This document shows positions 40,127 to 46,840 of a DNA stretch of 46,840 nucleotides, in pieces (position 1 is the stretch's first letter; each line of letters opens with the position of its first letter). The notes below the pieces were generated by a model. It saw nothing but the letters and a program-made list of their open reading frames with translations, made no database searches and was not told where the DNA came from. Both the position numbers and the translations under genes were made by a program. Where the stretch lies: the NCBI GenBank assembly GCA_904502135.1, contig CAJGDE010000002.1:1-46840 (forward strand), given 5' to 3'. This stretch comes from Kiritimatiellia bacterium (lineage in GTDB: Bacteria; Verrucomicrobiota; Kiritimatiellia; RFP12; UBA1067).

Positions 40127-41364
40127 TTTGAATTTTCCTCTTTTTTTATTTCGTGATGTTCGCCGATAATCGCAAACGCCGGAAGGCCTCGGACATTTTT
40201 GAAAATCGGAATCGAGCGAAGATCGCGAAGATCTTCCGCCTGAAGTTTTATGACTGTATAATCTGAAAGTCTTTCTTTTACGCGTTTTTGAGAAAGGACG
40301 CCGTCCATCGCCGTGCAGTTCTTGCACCATGTCGCCCAGCAGTCTACGAGTATCGGGCGCTTCAGGTTCTCAAGAGAAAAAGTATCGGGCGTCATCGCTA
40401 TCTCATTGGCGTCAGTCTTAAGCGTCTTGCTGCTTGAGGAAAAAGATTTCACCCCAAGTGATATGTACCAAAAGGCAATGACCGCCATAAGAGAGGCGAA
40501 TATGCGGTTGACCCACACCATCCAAGCGCCAGGTCGCGGTAAAACCTTCATCCCCGCTCCCGCCAATGGCCATGGTGCAGCCATCCCGGCTCCCATTGCA
40601 AAGGGCAGCAGAATCGCGGCGAATGTGCCTTTTGAGAAGATGTCGGCCGTCAGTACAAGAACGGCGATAAGCACCGGAGCGACGCATGCTCCCGATAGAA
40701 TCGAAGCGAGTGCGCCCATGAGAAAAACGTAGAAAATCGCAAACTCCTTATCGCCGCGGGCGCGTGTTTTGCGGATTTTTGAAAAATCGATGTTGAATAG
40801 ACCAAATAGAGATGAGGCAAGAAGAAGAAAGATAATTCCGACAATTAGATTAAACCATGGGTTTGATTGTATGGTCCCAAAAGCAAGAGCGCCAAAGGAA
40901 GATGCAATTCCCATGGTGCCGTACGCAAGGGTCATTCCAAGCGCATAAACGAAGCCCCTCTTGGCTGACTTGCCGATGATTATGAGATTGATTGGAATCA
41001 TCGGCAGTACGCACGGAGTCAAGTTCATGGCCAGCCCCGCGAGAAACGCGAGAAAAAGAAGGATTATGATCGACGAGTCCGCTGTAAGATGTCCGAAAAA
41101 GTGAGAAGGGGTCTTTGCGTCTAAAAAGTCGATGAATCTGTCGGCGTTGACATATCCTTCAAGATAGCGTATGTCTTCTACATTTTTAGCTGGGGCTTTC
41201 AAGGGGGCTTCATCGATGAATGGCAATGCGCCGTCGCGTGGTTTGCATACGCCGTCTTCGCATACATACTCGACGCCGCCGATTGTAGTCGTATCGGCCT
41301 TCAGAGAGGCGCTTGCGAAAGTCATCGCAAGTATTGATAGTAGAATGTACGCCGTGTTTTTCAT
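40123..41364 (-). CDS. dsbD: Thiol:disulfide interchange protein, DsbD/CcdA-type membrane core with a C-terminal thioredoxin domain
   Basis: Signal peptide (MKNTAYILLSILAMTFASASLKA). The CcdA/DsbD core has LTPCVLPMIP and a second Cys in SGACVAPVL. The C-terminal thioredoxin-like region is ILVDCWATWCKNCTAMD (CxxC). I prefer the ATG at 41364 over the TTG at 41373 in the ORF track. Confidence 0.85.
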   Translation of the reverse strand: MKNTAYILLSILAMTFASASLKADTTTIGGVEYVCEDGVCKPRDGALPFIDEAPLKAPAKNVEDIRYLEGYVNADRFIDFLDAKTPSHFFGHLTADSSIIILLFLAFLAGLAMNLTPCVLPMIPINLIIIGKSAKRGFVYALGMTLAYGTMGIASSFGALAFGTIQSNPWFNLIVGIIFLLLASSLFGLFNIDFSKIRKTRARGDKEFAIFYVFLMGALASILSGACVAPVLIAVLVLTADIFSKGTFAAILLPFAMGAGMAAPWPLAGAGMKVLPRPGAWMVWVNRIFASLMAVIAFWYISLGVKSFSSSSKTLKTDANEIAMTPDTFSLENLKRPILVDCWATWCKNCTAMDGVLSQKRVKERLSDYTVIKLQAEDLRDLRSIPIFKNVRGLPAFAIIGEHHEIKKEENSK

Positions 41365-41399
41365 AAGTGCCAACTATTGTATACGGATTTTTCGCGTAT

Positions 41400-41408
41400 A
41401 TTATACCA
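41400..41408 (-). promoter_or_regulatory. Extended -10 element (TGGTATAAT on the minus strand) for the dsbD-proC-nadD-tcdA operon
   Basis: The reverse complement of 41400-41408 is TGGTATAAT. It lies about 36 nt upstream of the dsbD-like ATG. I found no convincing -35. Confidence 0.35.
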
Positions 41409-41460
41409 TTCTGATGTGCATATTGGTGATAAGATTTTACGGTGACAAGCCCAAAGTAAA

Positions 41461-41491
41461 TTGCCAAGTCCATTGGAATTTATGGTATAAT
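41461..41491 (+). promoter_or_regulatory. Promoter of argB-argD-gpmI
   Basis: TTGCCA at 41461-41466, a 19-nt spacer, and a TG-extended -10 TGGTATAAT at 41483-41491. The ATG at 41503 lies 11 nt past the -10, with no SD. Confidence 0.5.
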
Positions 41492-41502
41492 ATCAGACAA
41501 TT

Positions 41503-42363
41503 ATGGGTTTATTGGATACAGCACAGGCAAAGGCAGCCGTCTTAACTGAGGCTTTGCCTTACATACAGGATTTTAACGGGTCGATTGTACTTGTTAAAGT
41601 CGGCGGCAGTGTTATGGAGATTGACGAGAACCTCGATTCGCTGATGAACGATATCGCATTTATGCGGGCGGTCGGCGTAAAAGTCGTGATAGTTCATGGC
41701 GGAGGCAAGGCGATCTCTAAGGCTATCAAGGCCTCTGGGCACGAGCCTAAATTCGTTGACGGGCTTAGAGTCACCGATGAGGTGACGATGGAGATCGTGA
41801 GAAAGACGCTTAATAACGTCGTCAATCCTGATCTTGTCACTAGGCTCTGCAACAGAGGGGCTAATGCTAAACCGTTGCACGGCAACTGGCTTTTCACGGC
41901 TCGAAAAATAACGAATCCCGATAGAGGATATGTGGGAGAAGTGACGCGTGTTTCGGCGCGTTCGGTCATAGAGATGCTTGATGCGGGAATCATTCCCGTA
42001 GTCACACCTCTTGGCACGGGTGAAGATGACGCGCATCTCTACAACATAAACGCCGACTATGCGGCCGCCGCGCTGGCGAAGGAACTTAAGGCGAGAAAGT
42101 TTGCCCTTGTTTCCGACGTACCGGGGCTTTTGCGCGATCCGGATGATCCAACTACACTTTTGTCCACCTTACGATTGAGCGAGATAGCCATTCTCAAGGC
42201 GGACGGCACTATATCAGGGGGGATGCTCCCGAAGATCGAGAGTTGCGAAGATGCCATTCGTCAAGGCGTAAAAAAGGTGCATCTTGTCGACGGGCGCATG
42301 GCGCACTCTCTCTTACTTGAAATATTCACGCGAGAAGGCGTGGGAACGGAGATAATGGAATGA
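41503..42363 (+). CDS. argB: Acetylglutamate kinase
   Basis: LTEALPYIQDFNGSIVLVKVGGSVM...VVIVHGGGKAISKA...FVDGLRVTD...INADYAAAALA...GGMLPKI are canonical ArgB motifs. Confidence 0.95.
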   Translation: MGLLDTAQAKAAVLTEALPYIQDFNGSIVLVKVGGSVMEIDENLDSLMNDIAFMRAVGVKVVIVHGGGKAISKAIKASGHEPKFVDGLRVTDEVTMEIVRKTLNNVVNPDLVTRLCNRGANAKPLHGNWLFTARKITNPDRGYVGEVTRVSARSVIEMLDAGIIPVVTPLGTGEDDAHLYNINADYAAAALAKELKARKFALVSDVPGLLRDPDDPTTLLSTLRLSEIAILKADGTISGGMLPKIESCEDAIRQGVKKVHLVDGRMAHSLLLEIFTREGVGTEIME

Positions 42364-43562
42364 GCAACAAAACGCAGGAAATACTTTCAGTATACAAAAA
42401 GAATGTGATGCCCACATACGCTCCAAGCGTAGTGATTTCATCTGGTAAGGGCGTGACGGTGCGCGATGCCGACGGGCTTACCCTTTACGATTTTACTTCT
42501 GGCATTGGCGTTCATAACGTTGGCTATTCCAATGCGAATGTTGTTGAGGCGATTCAGAATCAAGCCGCTAAGCTTACCCACAGTTCGAATCTTTTCGCCA
42601 ATGAACCATCTACGCGTCTTGCTGAAAAGCTCGTCTCTCTTTCTGGTCTTGGCGGAAAGGTGTTTTTCGCCAACTCGGGCGCGGAGGCGAATGAAGCTGC
42701 TATTAAGCTTGCTCGCAAGTGGGGCAGTGCCAATGGTGGGCGCTACGAGATAGTGACGATGCGCCAGGGTTTTCACGGCCGCACTTTGGCTACGGTTGCC
42801 GCGACTGCTCAGGCTTGGTGTCAAGAGGGGTATGACCCGCTTCCTGTAGGTTTTGCATATGCGGACTATAATGATCTTGAATCCGTTAAGGCGGCCGTAA
42901 ACGAAAAAACCGTCGCGATTATGCTTGAGGCTGTTCAGGGCGAGGGCGGCGTTACGCCGGCGACGGAGGAGTTCATGAAGGGCGTAAGAGCTCTTTGCGA
43001 CGATAAGAACCTTCTCATGATCTGCGACGAGGTTCAAGCGGGTATGGGTCGTACGGGCACATGGTTTGCTTGGCAGGGTTACGGCGTTGAGCCAGATATG
43101 TTTACGCTTGCTAAAGCGCTCGCGGACGGAATTCCGATGGGTGCGCTTGTCACGAACGCGAAGCTTGCGGATACATTTACTCTTTCAGCTCACGCTTCAA
43201 CTTTCGGCGGAAATCCCGTGGCGGCCGCGGCGGCGCTTGCTGTCATCGAAGTGATCGAGTCGAAGGGACTGCTCGCGAAGGCTGTTGAAATAGGAACGCT
43301 TTTCAAGGAGGCGTTGCAGAGCTTTGTCGATAAGTATGACAAGCTTCTTGAGGTGCGCGGAAAGGGCATGATGCTGGGTCTCGTCGTCGACGCAGAGGCC
43401 AAGGAAATCGTTGAAGCCCTTAAGAACCAGGGTCTTTTGGCGCTTACTGCCGGCGCGAATGTCGTTAGATTTTTGCCGCCGCTCGTTCTTAAAGAAGAAG
43501 ATCTCGAAGAGGCGATCGATATGATTGACGATGCGCTTGATTGCGTATTCGGCGAAGAGTGA
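42360..43562 (+). CDS. argD: Acetylornithine aminotransferase (class III PLP aminotransferase)
   Basis: FANSGAEANEAAIKLARK, GFHGRT, ICDEVQAGMGRTG, and the PLP-Lys context FTLAKALADGIPMG. ATGA overlap with argB. Confidence 0.92.
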   Translation: MSNKTQEILSVYKKNVMPTYAPSVVISSGKGVTVRDADGLTLYDFTSGIGVHNVGYSNANVVEAIQNQAAKLTHSSNLFANEPSTRLAEKLVSLSGLGGKVFFANSGAEANEAAIKLARKWGSANGGRYEIVTMRQGFHGRTLATVAATAQAWCQEGYDPLPVGFAYADYNDLESVKAAVNEKTVAIMLEAVQGEGGVTPATEEFMKGVRALCDDKNLLMICDEVQAGMGRTGTWFAWQGYGVEPDMFTLAKALADGIPMGALVTNAKLADTFTLSAHASTFGGNPVAAAAALAVIEVIESKGLLAKAVEIGTLFKEALQSFVDKYDKLLEVRGKGMMLGLVVDAEAKEIVEALKNQGLLALTAGANVVRFLPPLVLKEEDLEEAIDMIDDALDCVFGEE

Positions 43563-43574
43563 GGAGAAAGAAAA

Positions 43575-45161
43575 ATGAGACCTGTAGTATTTATTATCCG
43601 CGACGGTTGGGGTGTCAACGAGAGAAAAGAAGGCAACAGCGTCTACGGCGCGAAAACGCCTGTAATAGACCAGATCCGCGCTCGCTACGCGCACTGTCTT
43701 CTTGATTGCTGCGGCGAGGCCGTAGGGCTTCCCGACGGGTATCAGGGGTCTTCAGAGGTAGGCCATCTCAATATGGGAGCGGGTCGTATCGTCGTACAAG
43801 AGCTTAAGCGCATTGACGACGGTTTGGCTTCTGGCGATCTTTTCAAGAACGAGAAATGGCAGAATCTCATCGCGAATTGGAAGAAGAACAATTCTCAATT
43901 CCATTTCTTCGGGCTTCTTCAGGATGAAGGCGTCCACGCTCATCAGGAGCATCTCTTTAAGCTTATGAAGCGTGCCCGTGCGGAATTTCCTGAGGGCAAG
44001 ATTGTGGTTCATCCGTTCCTTGACGGCCGCGATACGCCGCCTCGTTCGACGTTGGAATATATCGCCCGTCTTAAGCAGGAGCTTGCGGCGATTGGAAACG
44101 CGGTTATCGGTACGGCCATGGGTCGCTATTACGGCATGGATCGCGCCAAGAAATATGCGCTTACAGATACGGCTTATTCGTGCATTGTCGATGCTGTCGG
44201 CACGCGCATAGGCTCAATTGAAGAGGCTGTGCGGCATGAATATGAAACTGGTAAGACGCCGGATAACACTCCGATGACCGATGAATATATACCTTGTTAT
44301 GTCATCGGTGATTATGCGGGGGTTCAAGATGGCGATGTTGTCATGCATACAAACTATCGTCAGGACCGCGCGATTCAGCTCACGCAAGCTTTTGTGTGCG
44401 ATGATTATGCCGGTGTGCGCACTCGTCGTCCCGATGTTACGTTCCTCGGCTTCTCGCGCTATTGGGATGAGTTTGAAGATTATCTTTTAGGTTCGGGCGG
44501 TGCCGGATCTAGCATGGATAATCTTCTTGGAGAAGTTATCTCCAAAGCCGGTCTTAAGCAGCTTCGTATAGCTGAGACCCAGAAATTCCGTCATGTAACG
44601 AGCTTCTTCAACGGTAAGTCAACGACTCCTTCCGAAGGCGAGGATCAGGTTGATGTTCCGAGCCGCTTTGATCCTGCGACATTCGCTTCCCACCCCGAGA
44701 TGGATGCGTATACCGTGACGGATGAGCTTTTGAAGAGGCTGGAAAATAATCCCTACTCATTCATCGCCGTTAACTACGCCAACTGCGACATGGTAGGTCA
44801 TACGGGTGATTTTGATGCGGCGAGAAAAGCGGTTGAAGTTACCGATGAGTGCATCGGAAAGCTCCTACCGCGTCTTATGGAACTTGATGCGCATGTGCTT
44901 ATCTTTGCCGATCACGGCAATGCAGAGCAGATGGTCGATTATAAGACGGGTCTTACGAAAACATCTCACACGCTTAATCTTGTTGAGTGTTTCTATGTCG
45001 CCAACGATGCTGCCGGTGTAAGGCTTACGCCTTTGGCTAAGCTTTCTGCGGTGGCGCCGACGGCGCTTCAGATGCTTGGTATTCCTGTGCCGCCTGAAAT
45101 GACGACTCCGTCGTTGCTCGCCGGCAAGGAGCCTTGGTCTAAGACCGCCTTAAACATTTAA
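43575..45161 (+). CDS. gpmI: 2,3-bisphosphoglycerate-independent phosphoglycerate mutase
   Basis: The N-terminal VFIIRDGWG, the nucleophile-Ser context GSSEVGHLNMGAGR, GLLQDEGVHAH, and the C-terminal NYANCDMVGHTG...ADHGNAE are iPGM metal-ligand motifs. Confidence 0.92.
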   Translation: MRPVVFIIRDGWGVNERKEGNSVYGAKTPVIDQIRARYAHCLLDCCGEAVGLPDGYQGSSEVGHLNMGAGRIVVQELKRIDDGLASGDLFKNEKWQNLIANWKKNNSQFHFFGLLQDEGVHAHQEHLFKLMKRARAEFPEGKIVVHPFLDGRDTPPRSTLEYIARLKQELAAIGNAVIGTAMGRYYGMDRAKKYALTDTAYSCIVDAVGTRIGSIEEAVRHEYETGKTPDNTPMTDEYIPCYVIGDYAGVQDGDVVMHTNYRQDRAIQLTQAFVCDDYAGVRTRRPDVTFLGFSRYWDEFEDYLLGSGGAGSSMDNLLGEVISKAGLKQLRIAETQKFRHVTSFFNGKSTTPSEGEDQVDVPSRFDPATFASHPEMDAYTVTDELLKRLENNPYSFIAVNYANCDMVGHTGDFDAARKAVEVTDECIGKLLPRLMELDAHVLIFADHGNAEQMVDYKTGLTKTSHTLNLVECFYVANDAAGVRLTPLAKLSAVAPTALQMLGIPVPPEMTTPSLLAGKEPWSKTALNI

Positions 45162-45238
45162 TTCAAATAATAGAGATTCACCGCATGGCGGTGAAACGCC
45201 AACGCGTGTCGCCGTCCGTCCAAGAAAGGGTGCTTGGT

Positions 45239-46450
45239 ATGAGATTGGCAACACGCGTTAAACTTTCTGCCATGATGTTCCTGCAGTATATGATGCTGCC
45301 GGTATGGCTTAATACGGTTATTCCTTATATAAAGACGCTCCCGGGGGGCGACTCGTGGGTCTTGTGGTGCGGGATGATTATCGGAATCGGCAATCTGGCA
45401 TCGCCTATTTTCGGTATGCTCGCGGACAGGATGATCAGCGCTGAAAAACTTCTTGCGCTATCAAATCTCATATACGCGGTTTTGATGGGTTTATCGTGTT
45501 TTGTTTCAGACCCCGCGCTTCTTTTCGCTCTTCTCGTCGCCTGTGCTATTTTGAATTTGCCTGGATGGGCGCTTTCCGCTTCGATTGCAATGGGTGCGTC
45601 TTCAAGTTCTGAATTTGCCTCTGTAAGAGTTTTTGGCTCTCTTGGTTGGGTCGCATCATCCGTATTTTCGATCGTGGCGATTGGATATTTTGGATATGCT
45701 GAATTTGATACATCCCGTTGGATATTCGCAGCTGCTGCTTGTACGGCGCTTGTAGGCGCGTTTGTAGCGTATATCCAGCCTGCGACACCCCCGAAGGCTT
45801 TGGGGTCTAAAATCAGTTTTGTCGATGCATTTGGCTTGAGAGCGTTCTCCCTTTTTAAAAGAAGTGATTTCGCCATATTTGTAACTCTTGTGGTTTTATC
45901 GATGGTGCCGTTTATGTGGTACATGACTTATAATACGCAGTATCTTCAAGAGAGCGGTTTTAAATATCTTAATCTTACGCAGAATCTTGGTACTGTAGGT
46001 GAGCTCGGCTTTATGCTGCTTGTTCCTGTTTTGGTTAAAAAATTTGGTTACCGTTGGTCAATGGTTATTGCGCTTTGTGCACTTGCTTTTAGGTATATCT
46101 GCTTCGGCGCAAGTGTGGCTTTAGACTGCCACATATTTGACTTTGGCGGAATCCTTATTCATGGACTTATCTTTGGAGTAATAATTGTAGGCGCTCAGAT
46201 GTATGTGGAAGATACGGCTCCCGCCGGGTTGAAAAATCAGGCGCAAGGCATGATAATGACTCTTATGACGAGCTTAGGCACATTTATATCCGTTCTTCTT
46301 TTTGATGGGATTCTTGGCTATGGTAAAAGGGCGGATGGAACTCATGATTGGTTTGTCGCCTTTGCCGTCGCGGCGGTAATTTCGATTGCTCTTGCCGTTT
46401 GTATGTCAGTTACTGCCAGTTCATCAAAGCGTGTAAATTCGGCATCATAA
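45239..46450 (+). CDS. MFS transporter, nucleoside:H+ symporter (NHS)-like family
   Basis: Twelve hydrophobic segments. The N-terminus MRLATRVKLSAMMFLQYMMLPVW resembles NupG/XapB/YegT-type N-termini. I prefer the ATG at 45239. The track start at 45185 sits in the loop of a hairpin (45177-45195). Confidence 0.75.
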   Translation: MRLATRVKLSAMMFLQYMMLPVWLNTVIPYIKTLPGGDSWVLWCGMIIGIGNLASPIFGMLADRMISAEKLLALSNLIYAVLMGLSCFVSDPALLFALLVACAILNLPGWALSASIAMGASSSSEFASVRVFGSLGWVASSVFSIVAIGYFGYAEFDTSRWIFAAAACTALVGAFVAYIQPATPPKALGSKISFVDAFGLRAFSLFKRSDFAIFVTLVVLSMVPFMWYMTYNTQYLQESGFKYLNLTQNLGTVGELGFMLLVPVLVKKFGYRWSMVIALCALAFRYICFGASVALDCHIFDFGGILIHGLIFGVIIVGAQMYVEDTAPAGLKNQAQGMIMTLMTSLGTFISVLLFDGILGYGKRADGTHDWFVAFAVAAVISIALAVCMSVTASSSKRVNSAS

Positions 46451-46490
46451 ATAGGGGAAATTTTTTTTAAATTTTTTTTAAAAAACCCCC

Positions 46491-46520
46491 TTGCGTTCAT
46501 ACCGAAGATTGTGATATAAT
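46491..46520 (+). promoter_or_regulatory. Strong promoter of the tRNA operon
   Basis: TTGCGT at 46491-46496 (preceded by CCCCC), an 18-nt spacer, and a TG-extended -10 TGATATAAT at 46512-46520. Phased T8/A-tracts lie upstream (46458-46485), like an UP element. Confidence 0.65.
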
Positions 46521-46542
46521 ATGTCTCGTTTTCGGGTAACAG

Positions 46543-46618
46543 GCGAGCTTAACTCAGTTGGTAGAGTGCCACCTTGCCAAGGTGGTTGTCGAGGGTTCGA
46601 GTCCCTTAGCTCGCTCCA
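46543..46618 (+). tRNA. tRNA-Gly (anticodon GCC)
   Basis: 76 nt. Perfect 7-bp acceptor stem GCGAGCT/AGCTCGC, anticodon loop TTGCCAA, T-loop GGTTCGAGTCC, discriminator U, encoded CCA. Confidence 0.95.
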
Positions 46619-46638
46619 ATAATTCCGAACAGTGAAAT

Positions 46639-46714
46639 GGGAGCGTAGCTCAGTCGGTAGAGCAAGTGACTCTTAATCACTGGGTCCAGGGTTCGAATCC
46701 CTGCGCTCCTACCA
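46639..46714 (+). tRNA. tRNA-Lys (anticodon CUU)
   Basis: 76 nt. Acceptor stem GGGAGCG/CGCTCCT (G1-U72 wobble), D-arm TAGCTCAGTCGGTAGAGC, anticodon loop CTCTTAA, T-loop GGTTCGAATCC, encoded CCA. Confidence 0.93.
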
Positions 46715-46729
46715 TTTCCACCGATTTGA

Positions 46730-46805
<76 letters not shown>

Positions 46806-46817
46806 AACATAATAGAT

Positions 46818-46840
46818 GAAACCTCGCGAAAGCGGGGTTT
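46818..46840 (+). terminator. Candidate terminator hairpin after the tRNA operon (truncated by the window end)
   Basis: GAAACCTCGC-GAAA-GCGGGGTTT: a 9-bp stem with one G-U pair, a GNRA loop, and the start of a T run at the window edge. Confidence 0.5.

Noticed and set aside
41374-41502. A riboswitch, ARG box or small RNA in the 129-nt divergent region between dsbD and argB, including the inverted repeat TATACG-N9-CGTATA at 41380-41400.
   Set aside because: The region is almost fully accounted for by two back-to-back extended -10 promoters. I see no conserved riboswitch core or ARG-box-like TGAAT-N4-ATTCA pair. The short inverted repeat overlaps the minus-strand leader and could be chance.
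45177-45195. The hairpin TTCACCGC-ATG-GCGGTGAA after gpmI as a terminator or regulatory switch for the MFS gene.
   Set aside because: It is an 8-bp stem with only a 3-nt loop and no T tract, so it is not a convincing intrinsic terminator. I used it only as an argument against the ATG at 45185 being the MFS start.
3568-46450. Programmed frameshifts, internal stops or pseudogenes among the 49 CDS.
   Set aside because: Every recognised family member is full length in a single frame with its N- and C-terminal motifs intact. Homopolymer runs (for example T8 at 37073-37080 and A9 upstream of nadD) do not interrupt reading frames.

Overview
This is a near-gapless chromosomal window with 49 CDS and 3 tRNAs. 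It comes from a diderm (Gram-negative-type) bacterium of about 48-50% GC, estimated by hand-sampling. I saw no integrase, transposase, CRISPR array or rRNA.

Gene order:
1. An rpmJ-rpsM-rpsK-rpsD-rpoA-rplQ-rpsU operon with its own strong promoter and a clean terminator (0.1-3.5 kb).
2. One apparent 10-gene operon (3.6-13.7 kb). It holds two secreted YbgF/CpoB-like TPR proteins, an ExbB/TolQ-type stator and two ExbD/TolR paralogues. These are followed by a TonB/TolA-architecture protein whose C-terminal domain looks like a prenyltransferase/terpene-cyclase alpha/alpha toroid, a LolE-like permease plus LolD, a small HNH nuclease and RuvC.
3. A five-gene type II FAS/PKS-like lipid cluster (hotdog dehydratase, ketoreductase, KS, KS-like chain-length factor, LPLAT acyltransferase), then rdgB and recD2.
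4. pal-tatA-tatC-double GT2-plsY.
5. A run of signal-peptide-bearing glycan-processing enzymes: a clan GH-A-like hydrolase, a sialate O-acetylesterase-like SGNH protein, a beta-helix protein with a CBM9-like tail, a GC-rich foreign-looking gene, and a tandem alpha/beta-hydrolase.
6. An orphan Flp/Tad prepilin gene set of five genes (one is absent from the ORF track), coupled to an M24 peptidase.
7. A minus-strand operon: dsbD-like, proC, a nadD fused to a ferredoxin:thioredoxin-reductase-like Cys module, and tcdA.
8. argB-argD-gpmI-MFS, then tRNA-Gly/Lys/Phe.

The phylum cannot be fixed from sequence alone. Toroid proteins next to ExbBD, many secreted esterases and beta-helix proteins, and Flp pilins make me think of the PVC group, at low confidence.

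Best leads, all unverified without searches:
- the ExbBD-linked toroid protein and its translational coupling to lolE;
- the NadD-FTR-like fusion;
- a TAG-rich, SD-like short-repeat family present at two loci with a 34-nt identical core;
- the ACP-less polyene-type lipid cluster;
- the machinery-less Flp/Tad pilin set;
- a set of extended -10 promoters placed so close to ATGs that several operons look leaderless.
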